From an uncultured Chloroflexia bacterium (lineage in GTDB: Bacteria > Chloroflexota > Anaerolineae > B4-G1 > SLSP01), in the NCBI GenBank assembly GCA_963751345.1, contig CAVVUS010000047.1:64838-128837 (forward strand): a stretch of 64,000 bases of DNA, in the 5' to 3' direction. Under the pieces are notes generated by a model. It saw only the letters and a list, made by a program, of their open reading frames with translations, did no database searches and was not told where the DNA came from. Every line of letters begins with the position of its first letter. The stretch's first letter is position 1. The position numbers were made by a program, and so were the translations under genes. Shown piece by piece: positions 19,705 through 30,004 of the stretch.

Positions 19705-22207
19705 CTACTTGCTTTCGATTCGCAGTGTGCCGAGGGGCACAAGATCGTCGGGCAGCTGCCCATCGGGCCCAAAGGCCGCCAATCGTGTGCCGTCGTCAGG
19801 GCGGTAGAGGCCGGCCCACAAAGGGTAGACCCCCGGCGGCAGATCCGCAGGCAGGTGCAACGTATGGACATCCGGTATCACGTCGCCGGCGCGCCACGCC
19901 GAGGTCGGGTACCATCCTGCCCGTGGTTGGCTATCCTCCTGGGCCAGCGGGGAAGGGGCGCCCGGCTGCCAGAGGTGCACGAAGGCGACGTAGTCCTGCG
20001 TTGGTGTCGAGGTCGCGGCCCAGTTCAGTGTGACGTCGACCTCGCTCCCCGGCCGTGCCGCGCCGGGGCTCTGGTATCCGGTAAGCGTGATACCGTCGTC
20101 AAAGGACGTGGGCGTGGGTTGGGCAAGGTCCGACGGCTCGCCGTCGCGAGGCACAACGCTTATCTCGCCGACCACCGGTGGGTCAAGGGGGTGGCCGTCC
20201 GCGTCGTGGGCGATCAGCCGGTCGCCGGTCTCGGCATCAAACAGGCCGACCTCTACCCGGTAGCGGATCGGTGCCGCGGCCCACCCGGCAACCTCGCCGG
20301 TGTAGGTGTCGCAGAAGGCCTTGCCCGGCACCCACGCGCTGGTGGGGTACTTGCCGAGGCCGGGATACGTATGCCGCTCCATCACACGGCTCTCCTGCGG
20401 GCCGATCAAGTGCACGAAGACCGTGTAATCCCGATCCATGGGCGCCAGCGGCGTCCAGCACGCCGTGACACTCACCTGGCCGCCGGGTGCTACGCGGTCG
20501 GGGCTGACCTCTGCGCAGAGGAGTTGGGCCAGCCCGTCATAGCGCAGGTCGGTGGGCGCCGTGCAGGCGGCGCTGACCTCTGCCGGTGATTCCAGGCGTG
20601 GGGGCGCGAAGGTCGCCGCGATGCGCGCGCCTGGGGCGAGCGTGGCCAGCACGGCGCAACCCGCGGGGAGCGCCCGCATGATGACTTTCCCGATCTGCGG
20701 GCGGCGTTCGACCAACTGCCTCAAGCCGAGGCCCACGAGCAGTGCCCAGGCACCCAGGGCCGGGAAGAGGAGGCGACCGTGGGGGGCCTCCACCTCCTGC
20801 ATCCAATGGACCAAGGCTACGGCGATTCCCAACAGCCAAAGGAGTGATAGCGTGCCCGAGAGCGTGGCAAGATCCGCGTCTGTCCGTGGTCGCAGCGCGC
20901 TGTGGTTTTTTACCGACTTTCCCCAAGACCGCCACAAATGGGCAGCGGCCAGCACGAGCAGGGGCAGCGTGACGCCCCAGAGCACGACGTAGACACCCGT
21001 GGGCCACGTCACGTGACCCCAACCGTAGGCGCCCCAGAACGACCGAGCGAGCAGTGGGATTTCGGGCAGAAGCTGCACGAGGGTTGCAGGCTCAGCACGT
21101 CCCCAGAGGGTCTGCGTGTGGCTCGTTAGCCCAAGCGGATCGCCCCAGCGCAGTGCGTTCCGCAGGTACCACCAACCGCCGACCAGCGCCGTCGACCGCC
21201 AGATAGACGGCGGCGACGCCGGCGATCCACGTCACCCGGCGACCCCGTGGCAAGGTCCCCGTCCGGCGCCACGCCGCCCATAGCATCACCAGCGCGAGTA
21301 CGCCCGCCATAGGCAGGACGCTTGTCTTCGTCAGTGCCCCAAGCCCCGCTATGACACCCGCGATGGCAGCGGTCCCCAGCATGCCGGCGGGGTGGGGGTG
21401 CCCAGGATTGTCGGACGGAGGGCGCGCGCGCTCTGCGATGGGCGGCGAGTGCGCAGGGTCTGCTGCCATGCCGGAGTTGACGACGAGCGCATGCGGGCGA
21501 GACCCCGCAGATGCAGCGGGGCAAGCTGCCCGCGGTCCAGCTGACCGTGGGCCAATCTCCTGGCGCACGCCAGTACTCTGGCGCATGACCCGCACCGCGA
21601 ACCACAGCCCGACTGTCGCCAGCGCCGCCGCAGCACTATCGTTGCTTACCACACCGGAAAGAAAGACAAACTGCGGCTGGAACGCCACAAGCGAGGCAGT
21701 CACCAGAGCCCAGCGACGACTGCGGGTCGTCTCATAGGCGAGGCCCCACGTGGCGGCTACAGCTACCAAGCCGAAGAGCCACGACGCCAGCCGCGTTGCA
21801 TGGATGGCGCCCGCTGCGCCGGTCCACGCCCAGGTATACGGGAGGTGGATGAGCATGTTCTTGTTATCGGCCGACGTGCCCGGCGCCTGGTATCCGAAGC
21901 CGGGATTGTGTTTCAGAAGGGTGGCGAGGTCGTCATCACGGAAGCTGCGGCTGATCGCCGCGGCTACCCCATAGTAGAGCGGAGGTTGGGCGACCTCCTG
22001 ATTGGCGCCACTTTCATCGTTGTCGAGCGCCGGGAGGCCGTGCCCTTCGGCGATCCAGCGCACGTAGGCATAGTGCCAGACCTCATCCGGGGCCTCGAAG
22101 ATGGGCGTGGCAAGCGTGTGGAGCAGCACCAGGAGGGAGAACGCGCTGCACAGGATGAGCAGCATGGGCGGGGCGATCTTGGTTTGGGATTGCTTGGACA
22201 TCACCAT
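19705..22207 (-). pseudogene. GT-C (ArnT/PMT-like) glycosyltransferase with C-terminal extracytoplasmic domains, split by 1-nt insertion at ~21192
   Basis: PIFEAPDEVWH, QPPLYY, VSNDS; shifted frame continues GGWWYLRNALRWGDPLG into the 19705 ORF; duplicated YxxFVHL domains. Confidence 0.85.
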
Positions 22208-22255
22208 CTGCCCGCCAGTATAACACCGATCATCCGATGGACGATGACCACGGCT

Positions 22256-22289
22256 AACCTTGCGAAGGTCCCGAAACCTTCGCAAGGTT
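22256..22289. repeat. REP doublet AACCTTGCGAAGGT / AACCTTCGCAAGGTT
   Basis: Same doublet at 39635-39685 and 47984-48052; degenerate copy at 19061-19092. Confidence 0.8.
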
Positions 22290-22349
22290 GCCACCGTCTG
22301 GGGGGCAAGTACAATGGCGATAGGACAGGTCAGTCGGTGGAGGAGAACG

Positions 22350-22727
22350 ATGGAACAGAACGAAGACGAGCGTGATCAGCCGCAGAGCGATGAGCCGAAG
22401 GACATCCCAACGCCTCCCCAGACCTGGGGACGCCAGCTCGTCGGAGCGTTCATCGGGGGTGGGCTCGCGCTGGTGGTCGGCGCCGGAGCGCTACAACTGG
22501 GCTGGATCCAGGGGAACCTGGTGCGGTTTGCGCTATGGGGCGGCGTGATCGGCGGCCTGATCGGAGGCTCCGAGGCCCTGGCTGCCGCCGGCAGACGGTT
22601 GACCAAGCGAGATAACGCCGTACTCAACGTCGCTGTCTCGCTGGTGGGGATGGTGGTGATTTTCACCGTGCTATTCGCCCTGGTCTACTGGCTGAGCCTG
22701 TTCATACGCCAGATTATGGGAAGCTAG
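22350..22727 (+). CDS. Hypothetical membrane protein
   Basis: GGAGGAG RBS; 3 hydrophobic segments. Confidence 0.7.
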   Translation: MEQNEDERDQPQSDEPKDIPTPPQTWGRQLVGAFIGGGLALVVGAGALQLGWIQGNLVRFALWGGVIGGLIGGSEALAAAGRRLTKRDNAVLNVAVSLVGMVVIFTVLFALVYWLSLFIRQIMGS

Positions 22728-22761
22728 GTGCTCTCGCTGCGTCGCACAGAGGCGCGACCCA

Positions 22762-22795
22762 CAAAGACGCCCCCGGCCTACAGGCCGGGGGCGTC
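22762..22795 (-). terminator. Intrinsic terminator between convergent genes
   Basis: GACGCCCCCGGCCT/AGGCCGGGGGCGTC 14-bp stem, TTT on minus strand. Confidence 0.7.
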
Positions 22796-22825
22796 GCTCA
22801 TGCTATGGTGACGACGAGACCCTAC

Positions 22826-23701
22826 CTAGCTCCCGTCCTCGGCGGGGACCTCGTACTCCTCTGTCTTCGACCGCAACTCCAGAATCTCGGCCATGTTGGC
22901 ATGCACACTCGTGAAAGACTCAGCGGCCAACTCGACCTCGCCCGCGACGATCGACTCCCAGATCACGCCGACCATCAGCAGGGATAGGTTGAAACTGGCT
23001 ACTGCAATCGGGCTCTTGGTCGGCACGATTACGGTGACGTCGGCTTCACGCGCCGGCAGGACGGTGCCCGAGTTCGTGATGCAGACGGTCTTAAGGCCCT
23101 TCTGCCGCGCCAGGCGGACTGCATAGCCCGTGTCGAGCCCCGGAATCCCGATGGCCAGGGCCAGGAGGGCTTCGCCCTCGTTCATCTGAGCGACCGCGGC
23201 TGCGGTCTCGGAGATGCTGGGCTGGAAATGGACTGCGGGAATGCCGACGGTGGGGTCGAGGCTCTTGGCCAACCAGGCCGCCATGTCGTGAGACGTGAAC
23301 TCGCCGGTAACCCATATCCGGGTTGCCCCCTTCAGGATCTCCGCGGCCTTGGCCAGGGACTGTGTCTCGGTCGTGCGGAAGTGCTGAAGCTGCTGTTGAG
23401 TGTTGTCGAGGATGACGTTGATGACGTCCTCCTCGGTCTTGGCCTCCTTGGCCTCCCGATAGGTCGCGGTGACCTGATCGCGTACGTATCGCTTGATCTC
23501 GCGCGAGAGCTCGCGATAGCCTGAGTAGCCGATTTCCTGAGAGAAGCGCACCACCGTGGCAGGATCCACGTTGACGCGGCGGGCTAGCTCGCTTGCAGTG
23601 AGGAAGGCAGCGTCCAGGGTATTCTGCATGATGAAGTCCGCTAGCTTCCTGAAGCCAGGGGTCAAGGCGTCGTAATACTCACGAATGCGTTCTTTAAACA
23701 C
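22826..23701 (-). CDS. MurR/RpiR-family transcriptional regulator (paralog 2)
   Basis: HTH TASELARRVNVDPATVVRFSQEIGYSGY plus SIS-like domain. Confidence 0.9.
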   Translation of the reverse strand: MFKERIREYYDALTPGFRKLADFIMQNTLDAAFLTASELARRVNVDPATVVRFSQEIGYSGYRELSREIKRYVRDQVTATYREAKEAKTEEDVINVILDNTQQQLQHFRTTETQSLAKAAEILKGATRIWVTGEFTSHDMAAWLAKSLDPTVGIPAVHFQPSISETAAAVAQMNEGEALLALAIGIPGLDTGYAVRLARQKGLKTVCITNSGTVLPAREADVTVIVPTKSPIAVASFNLSLLMVGVIWESIVAGEVELAAESFTSVHANMAEILELRSKTEEYEVPAEDGS

Positions 23702-23852
23702 GTTCGACCTCCTCTTTCTACTTTGCTGGGTTAGATGTATGGCTTCGTTCGGTCTGCCCGGTTCAGGGCCATTCAGAACCGGTTAGCCACTGCGTAATGC
23801 AAGAGGCACGCTTTGAGCAGTGCCTGATTGCTGAGTTGGGTTGCGCGGACTA

Positions 23853-24749
23853 TCAGCTCTGCCCAACGTTCTCCTTCCAGATATTCTGTGGCCCGGCGAC
23901 CTCGTATTCAGGCGTTTCGGCCCTCAACTTGAGCAGCTTGCCCATCTGTTTGCGGAGCGCCTCGGCGTGGCGTCTCATCTCTTCTGTGGCCGGGGTCATC
24001 AAGGCCTCCCAGATGAGGCTGGTGACCTCCATCATAGGGCCGAAGGAGGGGACGCCCGCGGGGCTCTTGTGTGGAACGATGACGGTGACGTCGGCGAGGC
24101 GCGCCGGAAGAGCCACGCCGGAACCCGTGATTGTGACGGTCTTCAGACCCAGCCCCTTGGCCAGCCGCACGGCGTAGCCAGCATCGATGCTGGGATCGTT
24201 ACCTGCAAAGGTCAACAGCACATCGCCTTCCTGCATCCGCGCCAGGGCGGTGCCGGTGCTTGCCATACTCGGTTCGAAGGCGACGGCCGAGAAGCCCTGG
24301 CTGACGAGCTTTTTCGCCAGGAATTCGGCGATGTTGTATCCGGTGTACTCACCCGTGCACCAGATCCTCTTTGCCTCTCTGAGGACATCGACGGCCTCGA
24401 CCACGCTCGCCATATCGGTGGTGATGAAATACTCGACGTTCTGCTGGGCGTTCTCGATGAGGCCGCGCAAGGTCTCCTCGGTGGATCCTGCCTCCTCTAC
24501 CTTGCGGTAGGAAGCCGTGACGCGATCGCGCACATAGCGCTTGATCTCCCTTGAAAGCTCCCGGAAGCCGGAGTAACCGAGCTCCTGGGCGAATCGGACA
24601 ACCGTTGCCGGATCGACGCCTACTCGTCTTGACAGCTCTGTTGCCGTCAGAAATGCTACGTCCAGGGTGCTGTCCATGATGAAGTCGGCGAGTTTCCGGA
24701 AGCCAGGGGTCAACTCATCATAGTTTTCCCGTATACGGTCTTTGAACAT
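23853..24749 (-). CDS. MurR/RpiR-family transcriptional regulator (paralog 1)
   Basis: HTH TATELSRRVGVDPATVVRFAQELGYSGF plus SIS-like domain; GGAGG RBS before ATG 24749. Confidence 0.9.
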   Translation of the reverse strand: MFKDRIRENYDELTPGFRKLADFIMDSTLDVAFLTATELSRRVGVDPATVVRFAQELGYSGFRELSREIKRYVRDRVTASYRKVEEAGSTEETLRGLIENAQQNVEYFITTDMASVVEAVDVLREAKRIWCTGEYTGYNIAEFLAKKLVSQGFSAVAFEPSMASTGTALARMQEGDVLLTFAGNDPSIDAGYAVRLAKGLGLKTVTITGSGVALPARLADVTVIVPHKSPAGVPSFGPMMEVTSLIWEALMTPATEEMRRHAEALRKQMGKLLKLRAETPEYEVAGPQNIWKENVGQS

Positions 24750-24819
24750 TGTCGGCCTCCCACTGTATGTACCGCAATCCAGCCGTACTGCTGCCGCATA
24801 GTCCATACCACTGAACTGA

Positions 24820-24869
24820 GGAATATTTTGTTTCACCATGATTCTAGCACTCAAAAAGCCATATGTCAA
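24820..24869 (-). promoter_or_regulatory. Sigma70 promoter with putative RpiR operator at the transcription start
   Basis: TTGACA-N17-TAGAAT with TG extension; imperfect palindrome TGAAACAAAATATTCC just downstream. Confidence 0.75.
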
Positions 24870-24959
24870 GCATTTGTTCACCAATCCAACATAAAATGGG
24901 TTGGGGATGCATAGGCCTGCGCTTGATCTGTAGGCATGGAAGGCTACAATTACCTGCTT

Positions 24960-25517
24960 ATGAAGCGAAGCGGCTTACTTTGGTGGCTGGGGCAGGTTTC
25001 AGCTAGCGCGACGCTCGTCCTGGCTGCTTCCGGCTGCGGTGTTCCGGGCGTGAGCCTCGTCAATCCACCAACGCCGACGCCAGGGGTGGTATCCCAATGG
25101 GCCGTCACAGCAACGGCCAGCTCGTCCTATGCCTATCCCGACTGGAGCCCAAACCGGGCCACCGGCGCACCGGAGATCGATGGGTGTGCTGATGACCCGC
25201 GAGCCTGGACGTCGGCGCGGGGCAATGGCGTCGAATGGCTGCAACTCGATTACGCGCGCCCCGTCTTCGCCTCCGAGGTACGGATCTACCAGAGCTATGG
25301 CCCAGGTGCGATCTCGCGGGTTACGTTGATGGACGCCGAGGGAGACGGCCTGGTCGTCTGGGAAGGCATCGACAACACGGAGCCGTGCCCGGCAGTCCTC
25401 AGAATCCGCGTCCCCACGCTGCCCGGGCCGGTCAAGACGGTGCGCATCGATCTGGATGAGTCCCGGACCGGCACGTGGGACGAGATCGATGCGGTGGAGC
25501 TGATCGGCGCGCCTTGA
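24960..25517 (+). CDS. Putative lipoprotein with discoidin/galactose-binding-like domain
   Basis: Lipobox-like AASGC; QWAVTATASS, EWLQLDY, EIDAVELIG. Confidence 0.75.
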   Translation: MKRSGLLWWLGQVSASATLVLAASGCGVPGVSLVNPPTPTPGVVSQWAVTATASSSYAYPDWSPNRATGAPEIDGCADDPRAWTSARGNGVEWLQLDYARPVFASEVRIYQSYGPGAISRVTLMDAEGDGLVVWEGIDNTEPCPAVLRIRVPTLPGPVKTVRIDLDESRTGTWDEIDAVELIGAP

Positions 25518-25521
25518 CGCG

Positions 25522-26547
25522 TCACTCCTCGCCGAGTAGCCGCCGGCGCAGTGCCTCAGGGACGTTTCCCCCTTTGCGCAGCGTCGCCAGGATGTCATCC
25601 GCTGATAGGGGTGTCCCCACGTCGGTCTGACCTAGCTCCAAGACGGGCTCAGAATCGATCTGCCCGGCCGCCTCGGCGGCGGATACGGCGGATGAGAGGG
25701 GGACGTCGCCTGCCAGCCAGTCCAGGAGGTCGGTGAGCGTTCGGACCCGCAGGACGTCGGCTGCCGCTCTGACCGGGGCCGGCGCGCTGAGTGCGGCGCC
25801 GGGGAGGGCAACGAAGGGTTTGCGTACCTCATCCGGCTCGACATCAAGCGGCACACTGACCCGGCCCGTCAGGACGACCCGGTCGGCGGCAGCCAGGGCC
25901 ACCCGCTGCAGGAGGGGGGTCCAAGCGGCCTGGTAGGCGGTGTCAGGCGGAAGCGGACTGACGATCAGGCGGCGTTCGGCAATTCGTGGATCGCCTTCGG
26001 CGGTCGACACGGGAATGCCTGCGAGCCCCGAGCGCGCGAACAGCAGGGCCTCACCTTCTGCCGCGGCCATCTCTTCGAGAAGCAGCGTTGCCTGGGGGCT
26101 CCCCTCGTAGGCACCCAGGAGCGCGTCCTCGCCCAGCAGCAGGCTGATGGCCTCGCGAGCTGCCTCGTAGCTCTCGGGGTCGAGATCCGCCGGCGGAAAG
26201 TAGATCAGCGGACGGTTCAGCAGATCCGGATCGCCGAGGTAGGTGAGGAGCGCCGGACGCTGTCGCAGCGGCAGTGCCCGAAGCCCGCTCGGATAGCGGG
26301 GATCGACCCAGGTCAGGGCAGGTACACGAGGTGCGACTGTCGACGACTGCTTGCGGAAGCCCTCGGCCAGCCGCGTGGCCTCGTTCGACGTCAACCCGAG
26401 GCCGGCAGCGCCTGCCGGCAATCCCCGGAGCGCGTCACCCGGCGTTATGCCGTCGTCGTGCCATCTAAGCAGGAGCTCCTTGGCTCGCAGCGTGGGGAGG
26501 CCGCTCGAAAAGAGGAACCAGGCCCAGAGGGTTGTCTCTTCTTCCAC
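25522..26547 (-). CDS. Degenerate DprA/SMF-like protein
   Basis: DPRYPSGLRAL..RPALLTYLGDPDLL resembles the DprA motif; LIVSPLPP; core DprA motifs absent. Confidence 0.55.
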   Translation of the reverse strand: MEEETTLWAWFLFSSGLPTLRAKELLLRWHDDGITPGDALRGLPAGAAGLGLTSNEATRLAEGFRKQSSTVAPRVPALTWVDPRYPSGLRALPLRQRPALLTYLGDPDLLNRPLIYFPPADLDPESYEAAREAISLLLGEDALLGAYEGSPQATLLLEEMAAAEGEALLFARSGLAGIPVSTAEGDPRIAERRLIVSPLPPDTAYQAAWTPLLQRVALAAADRVVLTGRVSVPLDVEPDEVRKPFVALPGAALSAPAPVRAAADVLRVRTLTDLLDWLAGDVPLSSAVSAAEAAGQIDSEPVLELGQTDVGTPLSADDILATLRKGGNVPEALRRRLLGEE

Positions 26548-27000
26548 CTATTCCTCGGCCGGAGTCCGTTCCAGGAGGATGGTCACCGGTCCGTCGTTGA
26601 CCAGTTCGACCATCATATGGGCGCCGAAGACGCCGGTCTCGACCTCCAGGTGCTCCGCACGAACCGCCGCGATGAAGTGCTCCACTAGCGGCTCCGCGAC
26701 CTCGGGAGGGGCCGCCGGCACGAAGGAAGGCCGGAATCCCTTACGAGTGTTGGCGATGAGCGTGAACTGCGACACCGTCAGAACCTTGCCGCCGATCTGC
26801 TGGACCGACAGGTTCATCTTGCCCTCCGCATCGGAGAAGATGCGCAGGTTCGCTACGCGGTGGGCCAGCCAGGCCGCTTCAGCCTCGGTGTCGCCTCCGG
26901 CGACGCCCAGCAGGACCAGGAGGCCGGGGCCAATCCGGCCCACGACCCGGTCGTCGACGGTGACCGACGCGCGGGAGACCCTTTGGACGACGGCTCGCAT
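26548..27000 (-). CDS. dtd: D-aminoacyl-tRNA deacylase
   Basis: [20 protein letters not shown]. Confidence 0.97.
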   Translation of the reverse strand: MRAVVQRVSRASVTVDDRVVGRIGPGLLVLLGVAGGDTEAEAAWLAHRVANLRIFSDAEGKMNLSVQQIGGKVLTVSQFTLIANTRKGFRPSFVPAAPPEVAEPLVEHFIAAVRAEHLEVETGVFGAHMMVELVNDGPVTILLERTPAEE

Positions 27001-27018
27001 GTCTGTGACCTCCAGTCC

Positions 27019-27405
27019 TCAGTCGTCCCCGATGGCCACGACCTGGGCAATGGCGATGCCGCCATCGTGGCTCAGGCTGATCGACCACGTGGTCAAGCCG
27101 AGCTCGGCCGCGCGCGCTTCGGCGCGCCCGTGCAGGACGACGTAGGGTTGGCCGCTCCGCAGGTTGAGTGTCTCCACTTCCAGCCAGCCGATCCCCGCAG
27201 GGGACATCAGCCGCATGCCGACGCCTAGTGCCTTGGAGACAGCCTCCTTGGCGGCAAACCGGGCGGCCAGCTCCGCGAGCCTCCCGCGGGAAAATCGCAC
27301 TTCCGTGGGTGAATAGACGCGGTTCAGAAAGCGAGAGTCATAGCGCCCGAGGACGCGCTCAAAGCGCTTGATCTCGACGAGATCGACGCCGGTCGCCAGC
27401 TTCAC
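27019..27405 (-). CDS. acpS: Holo-ACP synthase
   Basis: GVDLVEI, ARFAAKEAVSKALG, SISLSHD. Confidence 0.95.
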   Translation of the reverse strand: MKLATGVDLVEIKRFERVLGRYDSRFLNRVYSPTEVRFSRGRLAELAARFAAKEAVSKALGVGMRLMSPAGIGWLEVETLNLRSGQPYVVLHGRAEARAAELGLTTWSISLSHDGGIAIAQVVAIGDD

Positions 27406-28694
27406 GCCGTCTCCGCCTCACCGGCATCCGGCCCAGCAATGGCCAGGGCATAGTGCTCCAGATCGAGCCAACGCCGGGCGACGTCCTGCACCTGCTCGGA
27501 TGTGACGGCACCGATCATCGCCGCATACGTCCGCAGGTAGTCGAGGCCCAGCTTGTAGCGTTCGATATTCACCAGCGAACGCGCTACGCCCTCGTTGGTC
27601 TCCAGGTAAAGCGGTAGGCTTCCCGTGAGATAGGAGATGATGTCGTCGAACTCGTCCTTCTGAACGAGTTGCTCCCGCAGGACCTTCAGCTCATCGAGGA
27701 TCAGCTCGACGCCCTGCTGGACGTTTCGGGGGTCGAAGCCACCGGCGACGCGCCACGGACCGGGCCCGCCACCACCGTCGAGGCGGCTGTAGACGTAGTA
27801 GGCGAGCCCGTGCTGCTCGCGCACGCGCTTGCCAAGACGGCCGTACATGCCAAAAACGCCCAACACCGTGTTGGCGACAAAGCAAGGGATGAAGTCCTCG
27901 TGGCCGCGCGATGGGCCAGGCCATCCGAGCACGAGGTTGCTCTGTGTCTTTTCGGAGACGGTCATCCGTCGCTCTTTCCTCTCGGCCAGGGGCGGGAGAG
28001 GAGGCTCGGGGGCTCGGGCCGAACGCGTCTTATGCCAACTGCCGAAGACGTTCTCCACGGCCTCGACCGCCCGCTCGGCCTCGATCCCGCCTACCACGGC
28101 GATGACCATGTTCTGCGGAGTGAAGTACGTCTCGTAGAAGGCCATCAAGTCATCCTGTGTGATGCCGGCGATCGTCTCGGGGTAGCCCATCTGGCTCCAG
28201 TGGTAGGGATGCTCCGGCGGGTAGGCCAACTCGTAGAACGCGAGCCCGGCCAGCCGGCGGGTATCGTGCGCGCGCTCGTGGAGATCCGTGGTGATCTCGG
28301 TGCGCACCTTCTCGATCTGGCGTGTGGGGAAGTCGGGCGCCCGCAGCACGTCGTTGAGGATGTCGAGGAGCACCGGCAGGTATTCGGCAAGCCCCTTGGC
28401 GCCGAACGAGGTAAGATGGGTCCCCGAACTGATGCCGAACGCGGCGCCGATCGACTCGACTTCCTCGTAGAGCGCATTGAAACTGCGATGCTGCGTGCTT
28501 CGCTGCATCACGTCGGTGGTGAACCCCGCCAGGCCGTGCTTACTGTCCGTCTCGTCTTCGGCACCCGCCTGCAGGTACCCATTGACAACGACAGCAGGGC
28601 TCGCGAAGTTCTCGCGTACGAGGATTGTCACGCCGTTAGGCAATACCTTGCGTCGTGTATCGTCCGGTCCGGGGAGAGAGGGTGTTTGCCGCAT
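27402..28694 (-). CDS. M16B peptidase, non-catalytic subunit
   Basis: M16 fold without HxxEH; VREQHGLAYYV (R/Y pair). Confidence 0.9.
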   Translation of the reverse strand: MRQTPSLPGPDDTRRKVLPNGVTILVRENFASPAVVVNGYLQAGAEDETDSKHGLAGFTTDVMQRSTQHRSFNALYEEVESIGAAFGISSGTHLTSFGAKGLAEYLPVLLDILNDVLRAPDFPTRQIEKVRTEITTDLHERAHDTRRLAGLAFYELAYPPEHPYHWSQMGYPETIAGITQDDLMAFYETYFTPQNMVIAVVGGIEAERAVEAVENVFGSWHKTRSARAPEPPLPPLAERKERRMTVSEKTQSNLVLGWPGPSRGHEDFIPCFVANTVLGVFGMYGRLGKRVREQHGLAYYVYSRLDGGGGPGPWRVAGGFDPRNVQQGVELILDELKVLREQLVQKDEFDDIISYLTGSLPLYLETNEGVARSLVNIERYKLGLDYLRTYAAMIGAVTSEQVQDVARRWLDLEHYALAIAGPDAGEAETA

Positions 28695-28697
28695 CGC

Positions 28698-29975
28698 TTA
28701 GCCTTCGTTCTGTTGGCCGAGGTACCAACCGGTGGTACGGTTGGACCGGGCAAGGTACGTCTGTGCTACCCGCTGGACGTCCTCGGCGGTCACGGCTTCG
28801 ATGCCGTCGAGATAGGTGGCGAACCAATCGTAGTCGGCGAAGATGCCTGAGAAGCCGAGCCAGAAAGCCTGGTTCGAGATACTCTCACTGGAGTAGGCGA
28901 AGAGGGCGCGTGCCTGTCTCCGGGCCTTCGCCAATTCATCGTCCGACACCGGGGCGTCGCGCAGGCGGGCGATCTCCTGTTCGATCCGCTCTTCGGCCGT
29001 CTCCGGCGGCACCTCGGGCCATAGCGTGGCCGTCAGGCGGTAGAGGCCGGGATCAACGGTCGGGCTCAGGCTCCCATCGATGTCGACGGCTTTCTCCTCC
29101 TCGACCAGAGCGCGGTAGAGCCTGCTCGTATGGTTGGTGATGTGCCCGCGGCCCACGAGGAAGCCGGAACCGCCCGACAGGATGGCATTCAGCACCGTCA
29201 GCGGATGGAAGTCGGGGTGGGTCGCCGCCGGGATGTGGTAGGCGATGTCGCAGTAGTGGGTCTCACCCGCGCCCTCGACAATGACCCGGCGCTCGCCGCG
29301 CTGCGCCGGCTCCACGGCCCTTACCGCCGGCGGGTCGTCGCCCCTGGGCACGTCGCCAAAGGCCCGCTCCACCGCAGCCGTGACCTCCTCGGTATCGACA
29401 TCGCCAGCTACGGCCACAATGGCGTTGTTGGGAACATAGTAGGTGTCGTAGTGGTGCTGGAGGTCGTCGCGCGTGATCGTCTCGAGATCGCATCGGTTCC
29501 CGATGGTCTCGTGCCCGTAGGGATGGACCCGATAGGCCGCCGCCGTCACCTCTTCGCTCAGTAGGAAGAGGGGGGAGTTCTCGCTGCCCTGGCGCTCGCT
29601 GACGATCACGGAGCGCTCGGACTCAACGTCGGCTTCGACGAAGTGGGCATTCCGAATGCGGTCCGACTCAATATCGAGGGCGAGATCGAGCTTGTCGACC
29701 GGCAGTGTCTCGTAGAACGTCGTGAAGTCGGACCACGTCAGGCCGTTGAAAACGCCGCCCTCGCGCGAGACACGCTGGTCCGCAGTGCCCGCAGGCCAGT
29801 GCTCGGTGCCCTTGAAAAGCATATGCTCGACCCAGTGCGAGATACCGGTGATGCCCTGGTGTTCGTTGCGCGTTCCGACCCGGTACCATATCCAGAAGCT
29901 GCCCACGGGCGCCGTACAGCTTTCCTGCACGAGCACCCGTAGCCCGTTGCCCAACGTCGTCTGGAGTGGCTTCAC
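28698..29975 (-). CDS. M16B zinc peptidase, catalytic subunit
   Basis: GISHWVEHMLFKG (HxxEH); ERSVIVSE; HPY. Confidence 0.93.
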   Translation of the reverse strand: MKPLQTTLGNGLRVLVQESCTAPVGSFWIWYRVGTRNEHQGITGISHWVEHMLFKGTEHWPAGTADQRVSREGGVFNGLTWSDFTTFYETLPVDKLDLALDIESDRIRNAHFVEADVESERSVIVSERQGSENSPLFLLSEEVTAAAYRVHPYGHETIGNRCDLETITRDDLQHHYDTYYVPNNAIVAVAGDVDTEEVTAAVERAFGDVPRGDDPPAVRAVEPAQRGERRVIVEGAGETHYCDIAYHIPAATHPDFHPLTVLNAILSGGSGFLVGRGHITNHTSRLYRALVEEEKAVDIDGSLSPTVDPGLYRLTATLWPEVPPETAEERIEQEIARLRDAPVSDDELAKARRQARALFAYSSESISNQAFWLGFSGIFADYDWFATYLDGIEAVTAEDVQRVAQTYLARSNRTTGWYLGQQNEG

Positions 29976-30004
29976 GGCTTGTTATTTCTCCAATCGCTTG
30001 GCGC

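Noticed and set aside
27402-29975. Active/inactive M16 pair as a novelty
   Set aside because: Heterodimeric M16B pairs are well described
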